From Eukaryota sp. TZLM1-RC (taxonomy: Eukaryota > Protista > Metamonada: BaSk clade): a stretch of 64,000 nucleotides of DNA. Shown piece after piece: positions 9,935 through 22,815 of this stretch (positions are counted from its first letter, which is position 1; each line of letters begins with the position of its first letter). A program made the translations under genes and the position numbers. Under the pieces are notes generated by a model, which was not told the DNA's origin, made no database searches, and saw nothing but the letters and a program-made list of their open reading frames with translations. The stretch is taken from the NCBI GenBank assembly GCA_040285825.1, contig JAUPSS010000004.1, positions 1,455,485-1,519,484 on the forward strand, given 5' to 3'.

Positions 9935-12900
9935 ATGACTTCAGCATTAGTGAACATCCACAGACACTTTTACAGCATGTCAGACATCTTCCAGCAAGAT
10001 ATCTCTGACTCTAATCCCCCATCTAACATGCAGCAGGTACCAGCGACATATATACATAATATAGAGGGTAACGAGGCAACGGACCTGGATCCCACCTCCC
10101 CCTCCCTTAAAGTAGAAGAAGATGAAAGGTTGGACGAGGTCCCTCCTTCTTCAGCAATAGAAAAGGTAACGAGAACGGACCCGGCTCCCTCTCCCCTCAG
10201 GAAAAAAGAAACAGATGAGGTTACGAGAACGGACCCAGCTCCCTCTCCCCTCAAAGCAATGGAAGAGGCAACGAGAACGGACCCGGCTCCCTCTCCCCTC
10301 AAGTATACAGAATTACCCTCGGAGGCAACGAAAACGGACCCGGCTCCCTCTCGCCTCCCAATTCTAGAACCTGTTTTAAAGAGAACGGATGGAAATCCCA
10401 CCTTAGACACGTCTTCCCCATTAGGAGAATATGAAGAAATTCAATCTCAACTGGATGAAATGGAGGGAGAAGACGACTCTTCCGAGGGGTTCTAAAAGTT
10501 ATTAAGAGAGGATGCGGAGGCTTACCTCGAACCAACAGATTTCTGTCTGTTCGAGCAGCTTCGCCCTTTATGGAGTTACATTCAAAAAAGAGGCAGAAAC
10601 GTTGGTTTCCAGATCCTCGGAATGATTGGGGATACCCAAAAGGTATTGGAAATTCCCCTCAATGAAAGGAATGAACTCATAAAGGCACTTGACAAACTGA
10701 GTAGAAAAAAATTCGGGATTAACGCAGAGCGCCGCCCCAGAATCTCTGGAATGGACAAGAGAATCTATGAAATGATGTCTCTTCCCATCAAAGATAGATT
10801 GGATTGGAAGGCCTCCTTCCTAGATCAACATGGCAGGAGAATAAGGTTTCTCTCCATCGAGCAGAGAAGTAGGACCGACTCGGAAGACATCCTACAATCC
10901 AAATTGCCTGCCTGGTTTGATCCTAACTTTGATACGGAAATCCATAATTACACGGAGCTGACAGAGGGTGCTCCCACATATTCTAGGGAATTTATGGAGC
11001 AGGAGGATAGTAGTGAACAAGACAAGTTTGAACCAGTAACACCCTGGTTTGATGCAGACGCTTTAAATAACATTCATACGGAACGATCAGCTGTATCCAC
11101 GTATAGGAGCCGTCCTAACAACTACATCCAACAACATGGTAACTCGTTCACAAAACAACGAGAGTCTAGACAATGGGTAACGGGAGATCCATCCACATCT
11201 CTCCATCTTCCCAAACTGCCTGTTGTAGCCCCTATAATTTCTGAACAAAGCCAATCAATACAGGTCTGCTCTATTGACAGCATACCCAAACATGTTCCAA
11301 CAGTGAATGTCCCGGAACCTGTAACTAGACAAGACGTTGCTCCTCAGGAAAAACCAACTTCCTCCCAACCTATGGAACGTGAAATCGGAGAAGACATAGA
11401 GTTGAACGGGCCAGTCGTTGGAGAAACGGCTCGTCCTCAACCCTCAGTAAGAAACTCTTCTTCCGACAGATCTATGCGTATTGAGGACCTAGAATCCTCA
11501 AGAAGAGCTATTGACATGAGCATAGCGAGTAGCCTTCATAGACAGATTGATCCACGGTCTAGGATATCGATTATAAAAAACCTCGATTATCCGCTGATGA
11601 CCCTATCAACAAAATGTCTATCATAGTTTTTCTTTTAAAATATCAAACTTGGGATAAATACGGGCGAAAGATAGCTAATAGAAGCTTTGAAGCCCCAGGT
11701 CAATCAGATTGGACCAGAGCCTTTATGATAGCTACCCAGCTATTTGGAGAAGGCCAAGCAGAAATAACCCAAGATAGGATTAAAGATTTCCCCAAACATA
11801 TACGCGACGAGATCACCAGGGATACAACACAGCCTTTGATAAGGATTGACCCAGCTATAACAGATAAGCTCGAACCCCCAATCCACCATTATGATTTATT
11901 TAGGAGCATGATGATGAGCACTTGCCCTACAGGAATATCCAGCATGATTGACCCTAGCCTTTTATCCAGATGGCAAAGTCAAGGTTTACTCGGTGTTGAT
12001 TATACCGACGCCGACGTCATGGTATTTCTGTTAAAAAGAACACAATTCACATCATATCATAAGGCTTGTACAGTCCTAATGAAGCCTAAAATAAACTGGA
12101 GAAAAATCCACAATAGGCATGAGGCTGACAACGAGTTTGGTCGTTATGTAGAAGAATTTGGAGACGTCTTGAGAATGAGCACCTACATCACCGACCTAAC
12201 CATCCCCGATTTAATTAGAGGAAGCAGTGGGCTGATAACCATATCTCTCGCTCTAATAGCCGAGTACTTCCTTATGGGTTTGGATAACTTTGCTATATCG
12301 AGCGAACTCCTCCTAGTATGGACTAGGGAATCCTTGTGGGACTCACCGAACAGAACAACTCTACCCGATTTAATATCGACAAAGAGAAGACACTTCCTCG
12401 CTTAGTGTTACACAGCAGGAAACAAGCCCACAATGGACGTACTAAGGAACAAGGCTAACGAAGAAGATATTCCTTTGGGACTCACGGCGATGAGAACTTA
12501 CTCAAGAGGAGTAACATCATCAACCCAGGCTCCATCAAAACGAGCAAGACGATCAGGAGGAAAGCCAAGAGGAACCCCTCAACACAAATACATCCCTGAA
12601 AAGCATGAACGAGAAGGGTCAAAATTCTGTACATTCTGCAGCAACGTCGAAGGTAACAATCCTGTCGGCCACACTGTATTCGAATGCAAAGACCCTCGTT
12701 GTGCTAGAAGCAGAGTTCCCAAAAAAGAAAGATTCAGATTAGGAGAACAGGAGGCGCCTGCTAGTAGAGGCAGTGTAGAAAGGGGCCGAGGTGGCCGTGG
12801 TAGATGTGTACATAGATTCAAATTGAGAGGCCGTGGAGGCCGCTTTAGAGGTCATAAAGGAAGAGGTCAGTACAGACCTATTTATAACATCAACAATACA

Positions 12901-13236
12901 GAGGATATATCATCAAACGCATCCCCTACTGATTCAAAACCGACCCGTTTGAGTACGGTTCCTCACAGACGGATCAACAACAGCAACCGGAACAGCAGGA
13001 CAGGCAACTTACCTAATCGAGTACACATCAACGCAATCAATCCCAATCAATCATCAACCGATTTAGGAAACCCGGTCAACAACTTTCCAACAGCTCAACA
13101 AACTCTTTTAATTCCTCTACAAATTCACCAAACCAGCTCTGATATCAATAGTATTCTTGATATTAATTTTACGGTTAGTGAAAACGACATCAGGTCCCAG
13201 CGTTCTCCTTTTCTAAGACTGAAAAGATATCAATAA
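9935..13236 (+). pseudogene. gag-like ORF (about 1100 codons, broken by 2 stops and 1 frameshift)
   Basis: ORFs 9935 and 10622 are in frame, as are 11614 and 12433; Zn-knuckle-like CTFCSNVEGNNPVGHTVFEC followed by an RGG-rich region. Confidence 0.75.
10076..10400 (+). repeat. Coding tandem repeat in gag (TRTDPAPSPL-like x4 plus degenerate units)
   Basis: acggaccc(g/a)gctccctctc recurs four times between 10176 and 10352. Confidence 0.9.
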
Positions 13237-13575
13237 ATTATAATAAATTGATTGCGACTATAGATTCGGCTGCGTTTTGTTCAGTTATTACTGCTGATTT
13301 AGCTGAACAATGCCATATGTCAATCAATAGCAAGGATACCATTATTCCTCTACAAATTCACCAAACCAGCTCTGATATCAATAGTATTCTTGATATTAAT
13401 TTTACGGTTAGTGAAAACGACATCAGGTCCCAGCGTTCTCCTTTTCTAAGACTGAAAAGATATCAATAAATTATAATAAATTGATTGCGACTATAGATTC
13501 GGCTGCGTTTTGTTCAGTTATTACTGCTGATTTAGCTGAACAATGCCATATGTCAATCAATAGCAAGGATACCAT
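13110..13575 (+). repeat. 233-bp tandem duplication at the gag/protease boundary
   Basis: 13110-13342 is repeated at 13343-13575, with identical translations in the ORF track. Confidence 0.92.
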
Positions 13576-16245
13576 TAGGTTCTTACCAGCTAATAACGTA
13601 TCCACAACTTCGCTAGGGAGTGCAACTGGTATTCTGTCGTTCAACGTAGGAAGCATTGTGCAACAAGCTCATTATAAACATACTCTTCCCATAATCCCGG
13701 GTTCGAACAAATTATTAATAGGGACAGACATGTTAAAAGCACTTGGGCTTCAGATGGATGATAATCTTTTCATTAGAATAGACAAAGAACACCGCACTTT
13801 GCTAAATGCAGAATCAGAATTCGACTCTAGAATCGCTCAACATTCGATTGGGAACTTAGATAACCAATCACCAAGTCCTCCTGATTTTGAGAAGCATTTA
13901 GCAAGATCTGGATGTGAGATAAATTTAAATGATAGTAATAATAAATTAAAATTAACGAGTCTACTAAAATTATTCAGCGATGTTTTTAGTGAAACTCCTA
14001 ATAGAAAAGGAATCGATTGTAATCCTCTAACAATCCTCTTTAGAGATGAGAATGCTATAGTACACAAGCCTGCTAGACGGTTACATTCCAGCAAAATGGA
14101 AATAGCAAACAAAATATTTGATGAACTGATCGAAATGGGCTATGCAGTTGAATCTAATTATAAATTCAGCTCTCCTATTGTCTTAGTTTTATATCCTGAC
14201 GGCAAGAAACCCAGGTTAACTGGAGACTTTAGTGGTAAAGATGGAGTTAATGCCCATACGATTTCAGTAGAGCCTGATCTACCTAGGATTAGTGATATTT
14301 TAGAATTTTTGAGTAAAGCAAATTACATCGCCACGCTTAATTTACCAAAAGCTTTCTGGCAGATGAATGTAGCTGAGAAGGATATTGAGAAAACATCAAT
14401 CTCATTTCCTGGAAGGTCAATCATGTTTAAAAGAGCTTGCTTCGGATTAAAGAACATCCCAGCAGTTTTCCAAAACGTAATAACGAAAATTTTCCAAATA
14501 GACGGCGTTTTCATATACATTGACGATATCATAATAGTTGGAACGACATTCGAAGAATTTTATAAGAGATTACAAAGAGTCCTCCAATGCGCCAGAAATA
14601 GACGTGTAAATATAGGCTTAGGTAAATGTAAATTCGTAACATCAAAACACCCTATCGACATTTTAGGAAGTACCTTCCAGGATAAAACTAGATTTATTAG
14701 TAAGAAAAAAATCGAAGCCTTGATGAGAATGCCTAGACCAAAAACAGTGAAAGAAGTTCGCTCATTGGTAGGATCCATCAATTATATTAGAGATTGGCTT
14801 CCAGGTATTTCTGAATTAATTGCTCCAATTAACGAGCTAATTAAAGGAAAACCCAGAATAATTAAATGGACTAGCAAGCATGACGATTACTTGAAACAAA
14901 TAAAAGACTTAATAGTAAACCACATGCCCCTTGAATTACCAGCTCCGGGCAAGCGAGTATTGATAAGTACTGACGCTTCAGATGTAGCACTAGGAGGTGT
15001 TATTTGGCAAGAAATTGAACCCTACTCCCCTGCAGGAACCCCGCTAAATAAAAGGAAAGTAAAACCTTTGTCATTCTATAGTAGATTACTCACAGAAACA
15101 CAAAGAAAATAGTCCACATTACAAAAAGAATTATATGCAATACTTTTGATTTTAACTGAAAGTTGTTTAGAAAGCTACTTGTTAACTAGACATTTAACAA
15201 TTTTCACAGATCATAAAAACATTGCATTCCTGGCTACAGCCCCAGAGTAAAATAGAATTGTAAAGAGATGGCTGCCGATACTATCTGAATTCGACTTTGA
15301 CATAGTCCACTAACCTGGTAAAGACAACCATTGGGCAGATATGTTATCGAGGAATATTGATTTGGATCAAAACGAGGAAACTCCTTCTATTTGTAGCATA
15401 AATATACCAGATACTTTACTTTCAAATTACGAGATACCTCCACTAGACGATCCCATCAATCTCATCTCTAAGTAGACACCAAGACCTACCTATTTTTTTG
15501 GTTCTCTAAAATAAGATCTGAACAACAAATAGCCAAAAACAACAACGACTCGTCATTTGAAAATGCAATTCTAGATGAAAATACTCAAATTTAGAAAAAT
15601 AATAAAAACAAAATTTTGATTCCAAAGAGCCTCAGAAAACAGGCACTACTATTAATTCATAGTTTGGTGCAATCTGGTCACCCTAGCAAAAACCATAGTT
15701 TACATAAACTATCCAAAAGCGATTTCTACTGGCCCAATATGAGAAAGAACCTCATTAATCATGTCAAAACATGCCCAACTTGTCAAAAAACGGCTCCAGT
15801 TAAAAGATCAAAAACACCTTACACAGGATCTTTATGGGCAGATCGTCCTTTTGCCAGATTAAACGTCGATACAATTGGACCCCTAAATTCTGACAACGAA
15901 GGAAATAAATATCTATTAGTATTTGTAGACTCTTTTAATGGATATACAATCTTAGTCCCTCTAAAAGAACTCAATGCCTTAGAAACCGCAGATGCCTTAA
16001 TTTGGAATGTTTGCGCAATCTTTAGCATACCTATGTTAATTCATAGCGATAATGGACCTGAGTTCGCCAATGAGACTTTCAAAATAGTGTGTAACAGATT
16101 AGCGATTGAGATGAGTAACTCAATTCCCCACTATTCAAAAAGTAATGGGCTTGTAGAACGTAAACATAGAGACGTTCTTCAATGCTTAAGAAAACTATTA
16201 ATAGATTTTGATTTTCACAGAAATTGGTCAACCAATGCAACCTAA
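13481..16245 (+). pseudogene. pol: aspartic protease, RT, RNase H, integrase
   Basis: IDSAA (PR); LNLPKAFWQ and YIDD (RT, first Asp replaced by Asn); TDASDVALGG, ELYAI and TDHKN (RH); H..GH..CPTC, VDTIGPL, SDNGPEF and NGLVER (IN); in-frame stops from 15110. Confidence 0.93.
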
Positions 16246-17499
16246 AACAGTGGCAGATACACTGTTTGATCAATTTTGCGTTTGTCATTATGAAGATAAC
16301 AATTATTAATTTTTCTAATTTAATTTAAAAACCTGTATCACACTGTTCTTTGTAAAGAGGTTGAGGAAATAAACAGCGTTATTGCCATCTATGAAATTGA
16401 TTTAGGGAAAAATAGTTTAATTTTTTAAACAAATTATTAAGAAGAAGTTTATCTTTATTTGGTCCAACCAAGATTCATTTGAACTAAGAACACATGTTGA
16501 TTCTTCCAAACTATCAAATTATGTTTCAAAGGTAGTCAATAAGTATACTTTTTATATTAATAACCTTAATTATGATTTAGATTTCAAATCGCTTAAGAGT
16601 TTGACTTCTTGTTTTATGGTTAATCGTGGTACACCTGCATCATCCATTGATAGATATAAATGAAAAGAAATATACTTGTCTAAATGTCATACTATGTCAT
16701 TTTATATACGATGGAGTAATCAAATTATCTTTTCAATTTATCAAATTTGAATATTTAATTTAAGTATTTAAAAACCTTCAAGCTTTGAAACCTTAGAGCG
16801 TTAAACGGTTTTAGATTTTAACAATTTTGAAAACATCATCAATTAATTTTTTTATGTAGATTTAAAATATCTTTCAAAATAAAAAACACTGACTTCCTTG
16901 ACTATTGATTGTGGATATTCAACTACCGGATCGTTATTGATAATTATTGAATTAACCAATTAAAAACATCTAACTTACCACTCATATAATAGATATGATT
17001 TGGAGAAATTATTTGAATTTAAGCAGGTATTAGAAGGAAATAAATGAATATATATTTTAGGTTTCAAAATGTCAAACACTGAAGAAAAAAATAAAGTTTT
17101 AATTTATTTAATTTTTATATCCATTCAGGAAACAATACTTTATATTATGTTATTTAAAAAGCTAAAGATCAAAAATAGAATAATCGAAAACACAAGCATC
17201 TTGATCATCTATTTTCTGGCGAAAAGAGATCTTAAAACGATGAAAAAAATGAAATTTCTGTTTTTGACAGCTAAAATTGTGCCAAAATAAATAAAAATAA
17301 AATAAAATTTTATTTATTTCTTCCGAATTCTGAATTTAATAAACAATCATTAGATATATCATTTCCTGCGTCTGACTTTAGTATTATAATCCCATTTATT
17401 GAATCTTTAAAAGAGTAATCATTTAATTATTTACTGTTTAGTTTTATTTGTCATTAGTGATATTCGACTGCTTAAAATTACGTCAGATCTAGATTGTAT

Positions 17500-20250
17500 T
17501 TTATTCAAGCAAAATTTCTTAAAACTAGAAACTATTCAAACTTCACTTCCACTATTGAAAATTTGCCTTCAGCTGTTTTCAGAAAATCTTCCTAGTGATA
17601 ACAAGGAGCTAAAAACAAATCTATACATTCCATTAGAAATAAAAACATCAATTCTGCTTTGCCAAAAGGTTCGGTCTAATAATCTTCTAGTTCCATTTTT
17701 GAAATTAGATCAAAAGTCGTCCAAAAAAGATAATGCAATTTTACCCAAGGTTCCAAATAAAGAAAAAGCAATATGACAAAGAAGGTGTTGAGTATGTTGA
17801 GTTAGAATTCAAGTTATTGATTATTTCTGTATACTTGATAATTTCGCTTCTTCAGCACTACGGATAGGTCAATTATGAGATGGTGCCAGTTTTTCATTTG
17901 AGGTGTTTATTACATCAGTAGATCTGACATCAATAACGATCATTGATCGATTAAGTCCGGGAACTAGCACATCGCCACAGCTGCCACCAAACAAATTTCT
18001 TTTTTTGACTATTTTTTTATTTTTTCCAATAAAAAACAAACTATACGACCAGCTTAAAATTTTATGTCTTCATAACCCCAGTCAGCCAAGAAGAATTGAC
18101 TGGAGGTTTTTCTTTCGTAAACGCGTCCAAGAGTGACAAAGCTGAAGATAATAAGGGAACAACACCTTTGAAAATTGAAAATACAATTCTGTTTTGCCAA
18201 AAACTCTTGTCAAAAACTCTTCCAGTACGCTGTTTCACAATTAAACAAAATCATCCAGAAAAGACAAAGCAAGAGGTCCAAGCGTCCCATGAAGGGAAAC
18301 CGCAAATGGACAGATGACATAATGAGTATGCGATTCTGCATTCAAGGATAACAATTTTGCTTTGTATTTGCTAATTTTGGCTTTTTCGGAAACAGTTAAG
18401 GGGTCCCTATATTTTGATTGAGCCATCGGAATAAAAGAATCATTAAATACATCATTTGATCTCACATCTGCAATAATGGCAGTACCTCCAAGACCTTCAA
18501 GCATTAAATCACCTCTATTTCGACCAAACAAATTCAAAGTATCTTCATCAACCAAACGAAAAAAGTAATACTTCTAAACAGGAAACAATTCTATGACATT
18601 TTGACAAACAATTGAGTTGATCTTTTACCGCATCATGAATTTTTGATCGGAAAGTAATAAAATGTTTACAATTGAAGAAATGATCTGGAAAAATTTTTGA
18701 TCCACATTTATAAATCAAATTATGAGGCACGTTATCAGGCCAAATACAACAACGAAGGCGTATTGTACAAAAAAATTCGGTATCATATAAAAGAAGACCA
18801 TAAATTTGAGGAATCTGAGTAAGTATACACGAAGAGGAATTGTTTTGGGCATCTAACAAAAAATTTTCGACAGGGGGATTATTTTTTTGGCCGAGCCAAG
18901 ACGAACATTAAAATCCATGCCTTCAAAAATTATTGTTAACTTTTGTTGCAATTTTGTAACAAAATACCTCAAATTAACTAGTGTTCTAGATGGTGTTTCC
19001 TGTACGTTGTCGGGAAAATATTTACTCCAAATCTCAGAGGGCAAACAATCGAGAGCATTTTGTAGGTCTCTAAGAAAGGTATTGCTTGTAAAATTTAGTA
19101 TATAAATATCATTGGGAACACGGTTGAAAAATTCAAAAACAAAATTTTTCCTTCCACCAAGAAAAGCTCCACCAAAAGAATTTCTGTCAGATTCATCAGC
19201 CAAATTTGCAAGCAAAGGTTCTAAAAAAGATTCAATCTTGTAGGACTTAAACATACAATAAAGCTGATCACAAACTGCATCATGCACTTTTGATCTAAAA
19301 GTAATAAACCATTACAATTCAATAAATGGGTTGGAGTGACAGTCTTTCCACATTTACAAATTAATCCATGTGGAAGATTATCAGTCCAAATAAAAGATCG
19401 GAGACCCGTAGATAATAAAAAGCAAGGGTTATTGAGAAACAAATCATAAATTCTTGGTAATTGATTCATAGAACTATCAAAAACAACCGGTGAAAAATTT
19501 GCAAAAGAGGGATTGTTTTGCTTGGTCACGCCATGACGTCCTTCATAATCCAAGCCTTCAAATATTACTGTCAGTTTTTGTTGAATCTTCTTCACACAAT
19601 ACCTTAAATTAACTAAATTTCGTGGAGGAATCTCTTGAACTGAGTCGGGAAAAGATTGACACCAATTTTCTGGTGCAATTTTATCACTAGCAACATCAAG
19701 TTCATACAAATGTTTGGACAATGACTGATTAAGCAAAGCAAATGATTGTCATCAGGGAGATGATTAGGAAAATTCGAAATAAAAAACCAAGATTTTTGCC
19801 AACAAAAGCTGCGTGACAAAAAATTGAAAATTTAGTAAAGCCAACACCACCAAATTGTGAAGATGAGAACAAGTGGGCACGAATTAGCTCAGGATTCACT
19901 TTTAATAGGGAAGCAAAAATAGTTGCACGGGTTGATTAAGTTTTCGGCAAAAATCGAGAAAAAAGGTGCCGTCGACGTCATTAAGTGCATATTTTTTCCG
20001 AAGCAAATTTTCAAAATAATAAATTTGATAAGTTTTTCTATTTTAAATTCTGAAATTCAGTAAAGCTCAGTACCAAAATTTAGCAACAATTTCATCAAGA
20101 TTTCAAGTTATTTCATCAACATTTCCTAACCAACAACTTAAAAAAAACTTTTTGTGAATAATTGGTAAACGGAATTTGGCAATTAATAATTTTAAACTCC
20201 TTGGAATCATTACCAATTAATAAACATTTTTTGGGATTCAAGTGAAAATG
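17500..20250 (-). mobile_element. Stack of several truncated CRE-like RLE non-LTR retrotransposon fragments
   Basis: Repeated C-terminal modules (CKCG..HLLNC, HDAVKDQL/HDAVCDQL, RGDL...ADVRS, EKAKISKY, FWQNRIVF) recur at least three times with different sequences, all on the minus strand. Confidence 0.85.
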
Positions 20251-20279
20251 ATCTTTATAGTAATATATGCAGCTCATAA

Positions 20280-21140
20280 ACTATCACCATTCAGTAAGTT
20301 CTGGGTTAGCGGCTCTCAATTTATCCATTTCCGTGTTCTTGAATGCTTTTCGCTCTTGTTCCTTAGTATATTTGTCAAAACACGAGCCTGTGGTGCAACT
20401 TTTACTTGGAAGATAAAGTGATGAGTTGAGGCAAAATTCAAGATCTAGGTCTTAAGCGTTTCCGTAGTTCCAAAGCCGAAGTTTGAAGGGATTTTGTACA
20501 CCACGTGGAAGTATTTGTGCTCAGGGTAGTGAAAGACCTGTATATTTGCAAAGAGCAAAGTCTGAAGAGGAAGGTGGTAAGAAGAATCATTATAGTAAAA
20601 GAAAAGCTACCCCAAGATGATAAGAAATCAGTCTTTCTACATCGGCAGAGAGACCACTTTCATAGTTCTTTATCAAACTATGACAAACCCTATATCTGTG
20701 CACATTGTGAAAAGCCACTTGTGAAGAAACATATTCAAAAACAAAGTTTATTAAAAATCCATGTTGGAAATGAATTTTCACACAATGACATCATCAAAAA
20801 TTCAATATAAACAAAAAAATTTTTAAAAATAGATTTAACGGTAACGAGCTGCTTTTGACATTTGAAGGAAAAAATAATGATTGAGAAAACACAATTAAAC
20901 CAAACGAATTGCCGAAAAGGAAAAGAAGAACAAAAAAAGACATAAAGACCGACCCTGATAAAAACAAAATTAATGTTTTGTTGAATAAATGTACTAAAAA
21001 ATAATTTGTCGAAGACGCAGGCAATCACTCGAAATAATATCTGATAGGCCTCTCATCGGCGTTGATCTGGGCCAATCTAGGTAAAGTGGTTATTTCTTAA
21101 ACGATATCCAATGTGAAGTTATCCCTTGTCCAACAAGGTT
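20280..21140 (+). pseudogene. Degenerate Fanzor1-like relic, copy 1 (to RuvC-I)
   Basis: FNGNELLLTFE...K-rich linker...LIGVDLGQSR (21055-21081); about 20700-21135 is a diverged paralog of about 22185-22620; left boundary uncertain. Confidence 0.5.
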
Positions 21141-21199
21141 GAGATTGATTTATAGACTATTTTAAAAGAAACTAATGTTTCGGTCTGGACAAATTCATG

Positions 21200-22815
21200 C
21201 TTAAAGAAGGTCATATCACATCACAGCAGCGGAAAGACTCATGAAACTTGTAATTCTTAAACAATTTGTCCATTTTTACGAAAATCATTCTAAGATGAAG
21301 TAGACCACTTCTAATGGTGGACTATATGAAGATGGTACTCTGTTCTGGCGAGGAAGAGAACATCAGGCTATACGGAAGGAATATTCCAAGGACTGCAGTG
21401 ATTCACTAGTCAACAGAATGTTACTTAGAGTGTTCAATCCGAAAAAGTGAGTTACGACAGCAACTAGTAGTTTTGGTGTCAAATCAGCCCTTTTAGACAG
21501 TTCCCCGAGACTGAAAAATTGATGTGTGAAGTCCACAATGTTTGTGAAAGAAATGAACCCTTAGCCCAACCCGAAGAAGTAGTTTAGAGTTGGACAAAGA
21601 TCGACTCGAAATTTCGAGTTGCGACTTCACTCGAACTTGACTCCAGTTGAGTCCAGTTCAAGTCGAGTTCAAGTTGTGATTTTTCCAGACTCGAGTTCGA
21701 GTTGAGTTCGAGTTTTAGTAGACTCGAAATCTGGTATCAAATTTAGTTTTTTTTCAATGCATTTTCCCTGGAATAAAAGAGGTTCACTTAGACACCGTCT
21801 TGATAAGCTTTTTGAGGGTTTTATTACAGTGTTCGAGTTGAGTTCGAGTTTTGCCCAACTCTAAAGTAGTTGTTGATTCTGTTCTTGAACACTACATCAA
21901 TTTCAATCTGAATAATTCAAGAGAAAGATTCTTTTTATTAAATGCATGTAATTTTATCTTGAATCTCCTTTAAAAATTTCCTCCCACTGCTTTCTCTACT
22001 GTCTTCACATGATAGAATCACCTTTTCATCAAAGGAAATTGGTGAGGTTTTTCTCTTTAGACTTAAACTTTCACAATACTTACTCACTTTCGTTTCTCAT
22101 ATGCATTGCTGGAAGAAATTTAGAATAATACCGTTAGCTTCTCATAAAAGTTCTAAATTTTTTGAGGTTCCTTGTCATGTTTTCCACTGTGTGAAAAAAT
22201 TTCCGCTTATTGAAGTTTCATCTTCCAAAACAAAGTTTATCAAAAATACATGTCTGAAACGAGTATTCAAACAATGTCCTTACCAAAAAATTAATATCAA
22301 CAGAAAATGTTTGAAAAAAAGATTTGAAATTTTTTTATTGGTAATGGTAATGAACTGCTTTTGACCTTTGAATGTAAAAATAATGAATCAGAAAGCACAG
22401 ATAAGCTGAATGAACCACCGAAAAAGAAACGAAGATTGAAAAAAGAAATAAAAAGTGACCCCGATGCCAACAAAACCAGAGAAACACAGTTGAAGGGCAC
22501 TAAAAAAATGTCCCGTCAAAATTGTACCTGAAAGGCTTCTTATTGGCATTGATCTGGGCCAATCTAGATTATGTGGTTACTTCTTAAATGATAACCAATG
22601 TGATTTATACCTTGTCCAACTGGCAGAAGATACATGACAAAACCTTCACCCAGTGAACACCCTCCCAACCAATATTCCGTTCAAAATTACAACCAATTTT
22701 TGAACAATTGGAATTTGTTTAGGAGTAAAGTGTACTTGGAAAGTAGTCGTCAGAAATGAAAAATTTAAATTTGATAACCGCAGATAAAAAGAGAGACGGT
22801 TCAGAGAGAGCCTCC
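21200..22815 (+). pseudogene. Degenerate Fanzor1-like relic, copy 2 (to RuvC-I and bridge helix), interrupted by MITE
   Basis: KKFRIIPLASHKSSKFFEV...FIGNGNELLLTFE...RLLIGIDLGQSRLCGYF (22542-22568)...SVQNYNQFLNNW...KFKFDNRR*KERRFRE, in Fanzor1 motif order; frameshifts and stops; left boundary uncertain. Confidence 0.6.
21585..21863. mobile_element. Non-autonomous hAT element (MITE), 279 bp
   Basis: TIRs TAGAGTTGGACAAA / TTTGCCCAACTCTA (13/14 match); perfect 8-bp TSD AAGTAGTT at 21577-84 and 21864-71; clustered TCGAG/CTCGA subterminal repeats. Confidence 0.93.

Larger units (their letters stand above)
9820..16245 (+). mobile_element. Ty3/gypsy LTR retrotransposon, decayed and 3'-truncated
   Basis: Domain order gag-PR-RT-RH-IN; multiple premature stops; ends within the integrase core. 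Confidence 0.95.

Noticed and set aside
15110-15600. Stop-codon reassignment explaining in-frame stops
   Set aside because: All three stop types occur together with frameshifts in decayed elements across the window, while host genes are open under the standard code
16246-17050. Possible LRR pseudogene
   Set aside because: Only scattered LxxLxI-like patches in very AT-rich DNA
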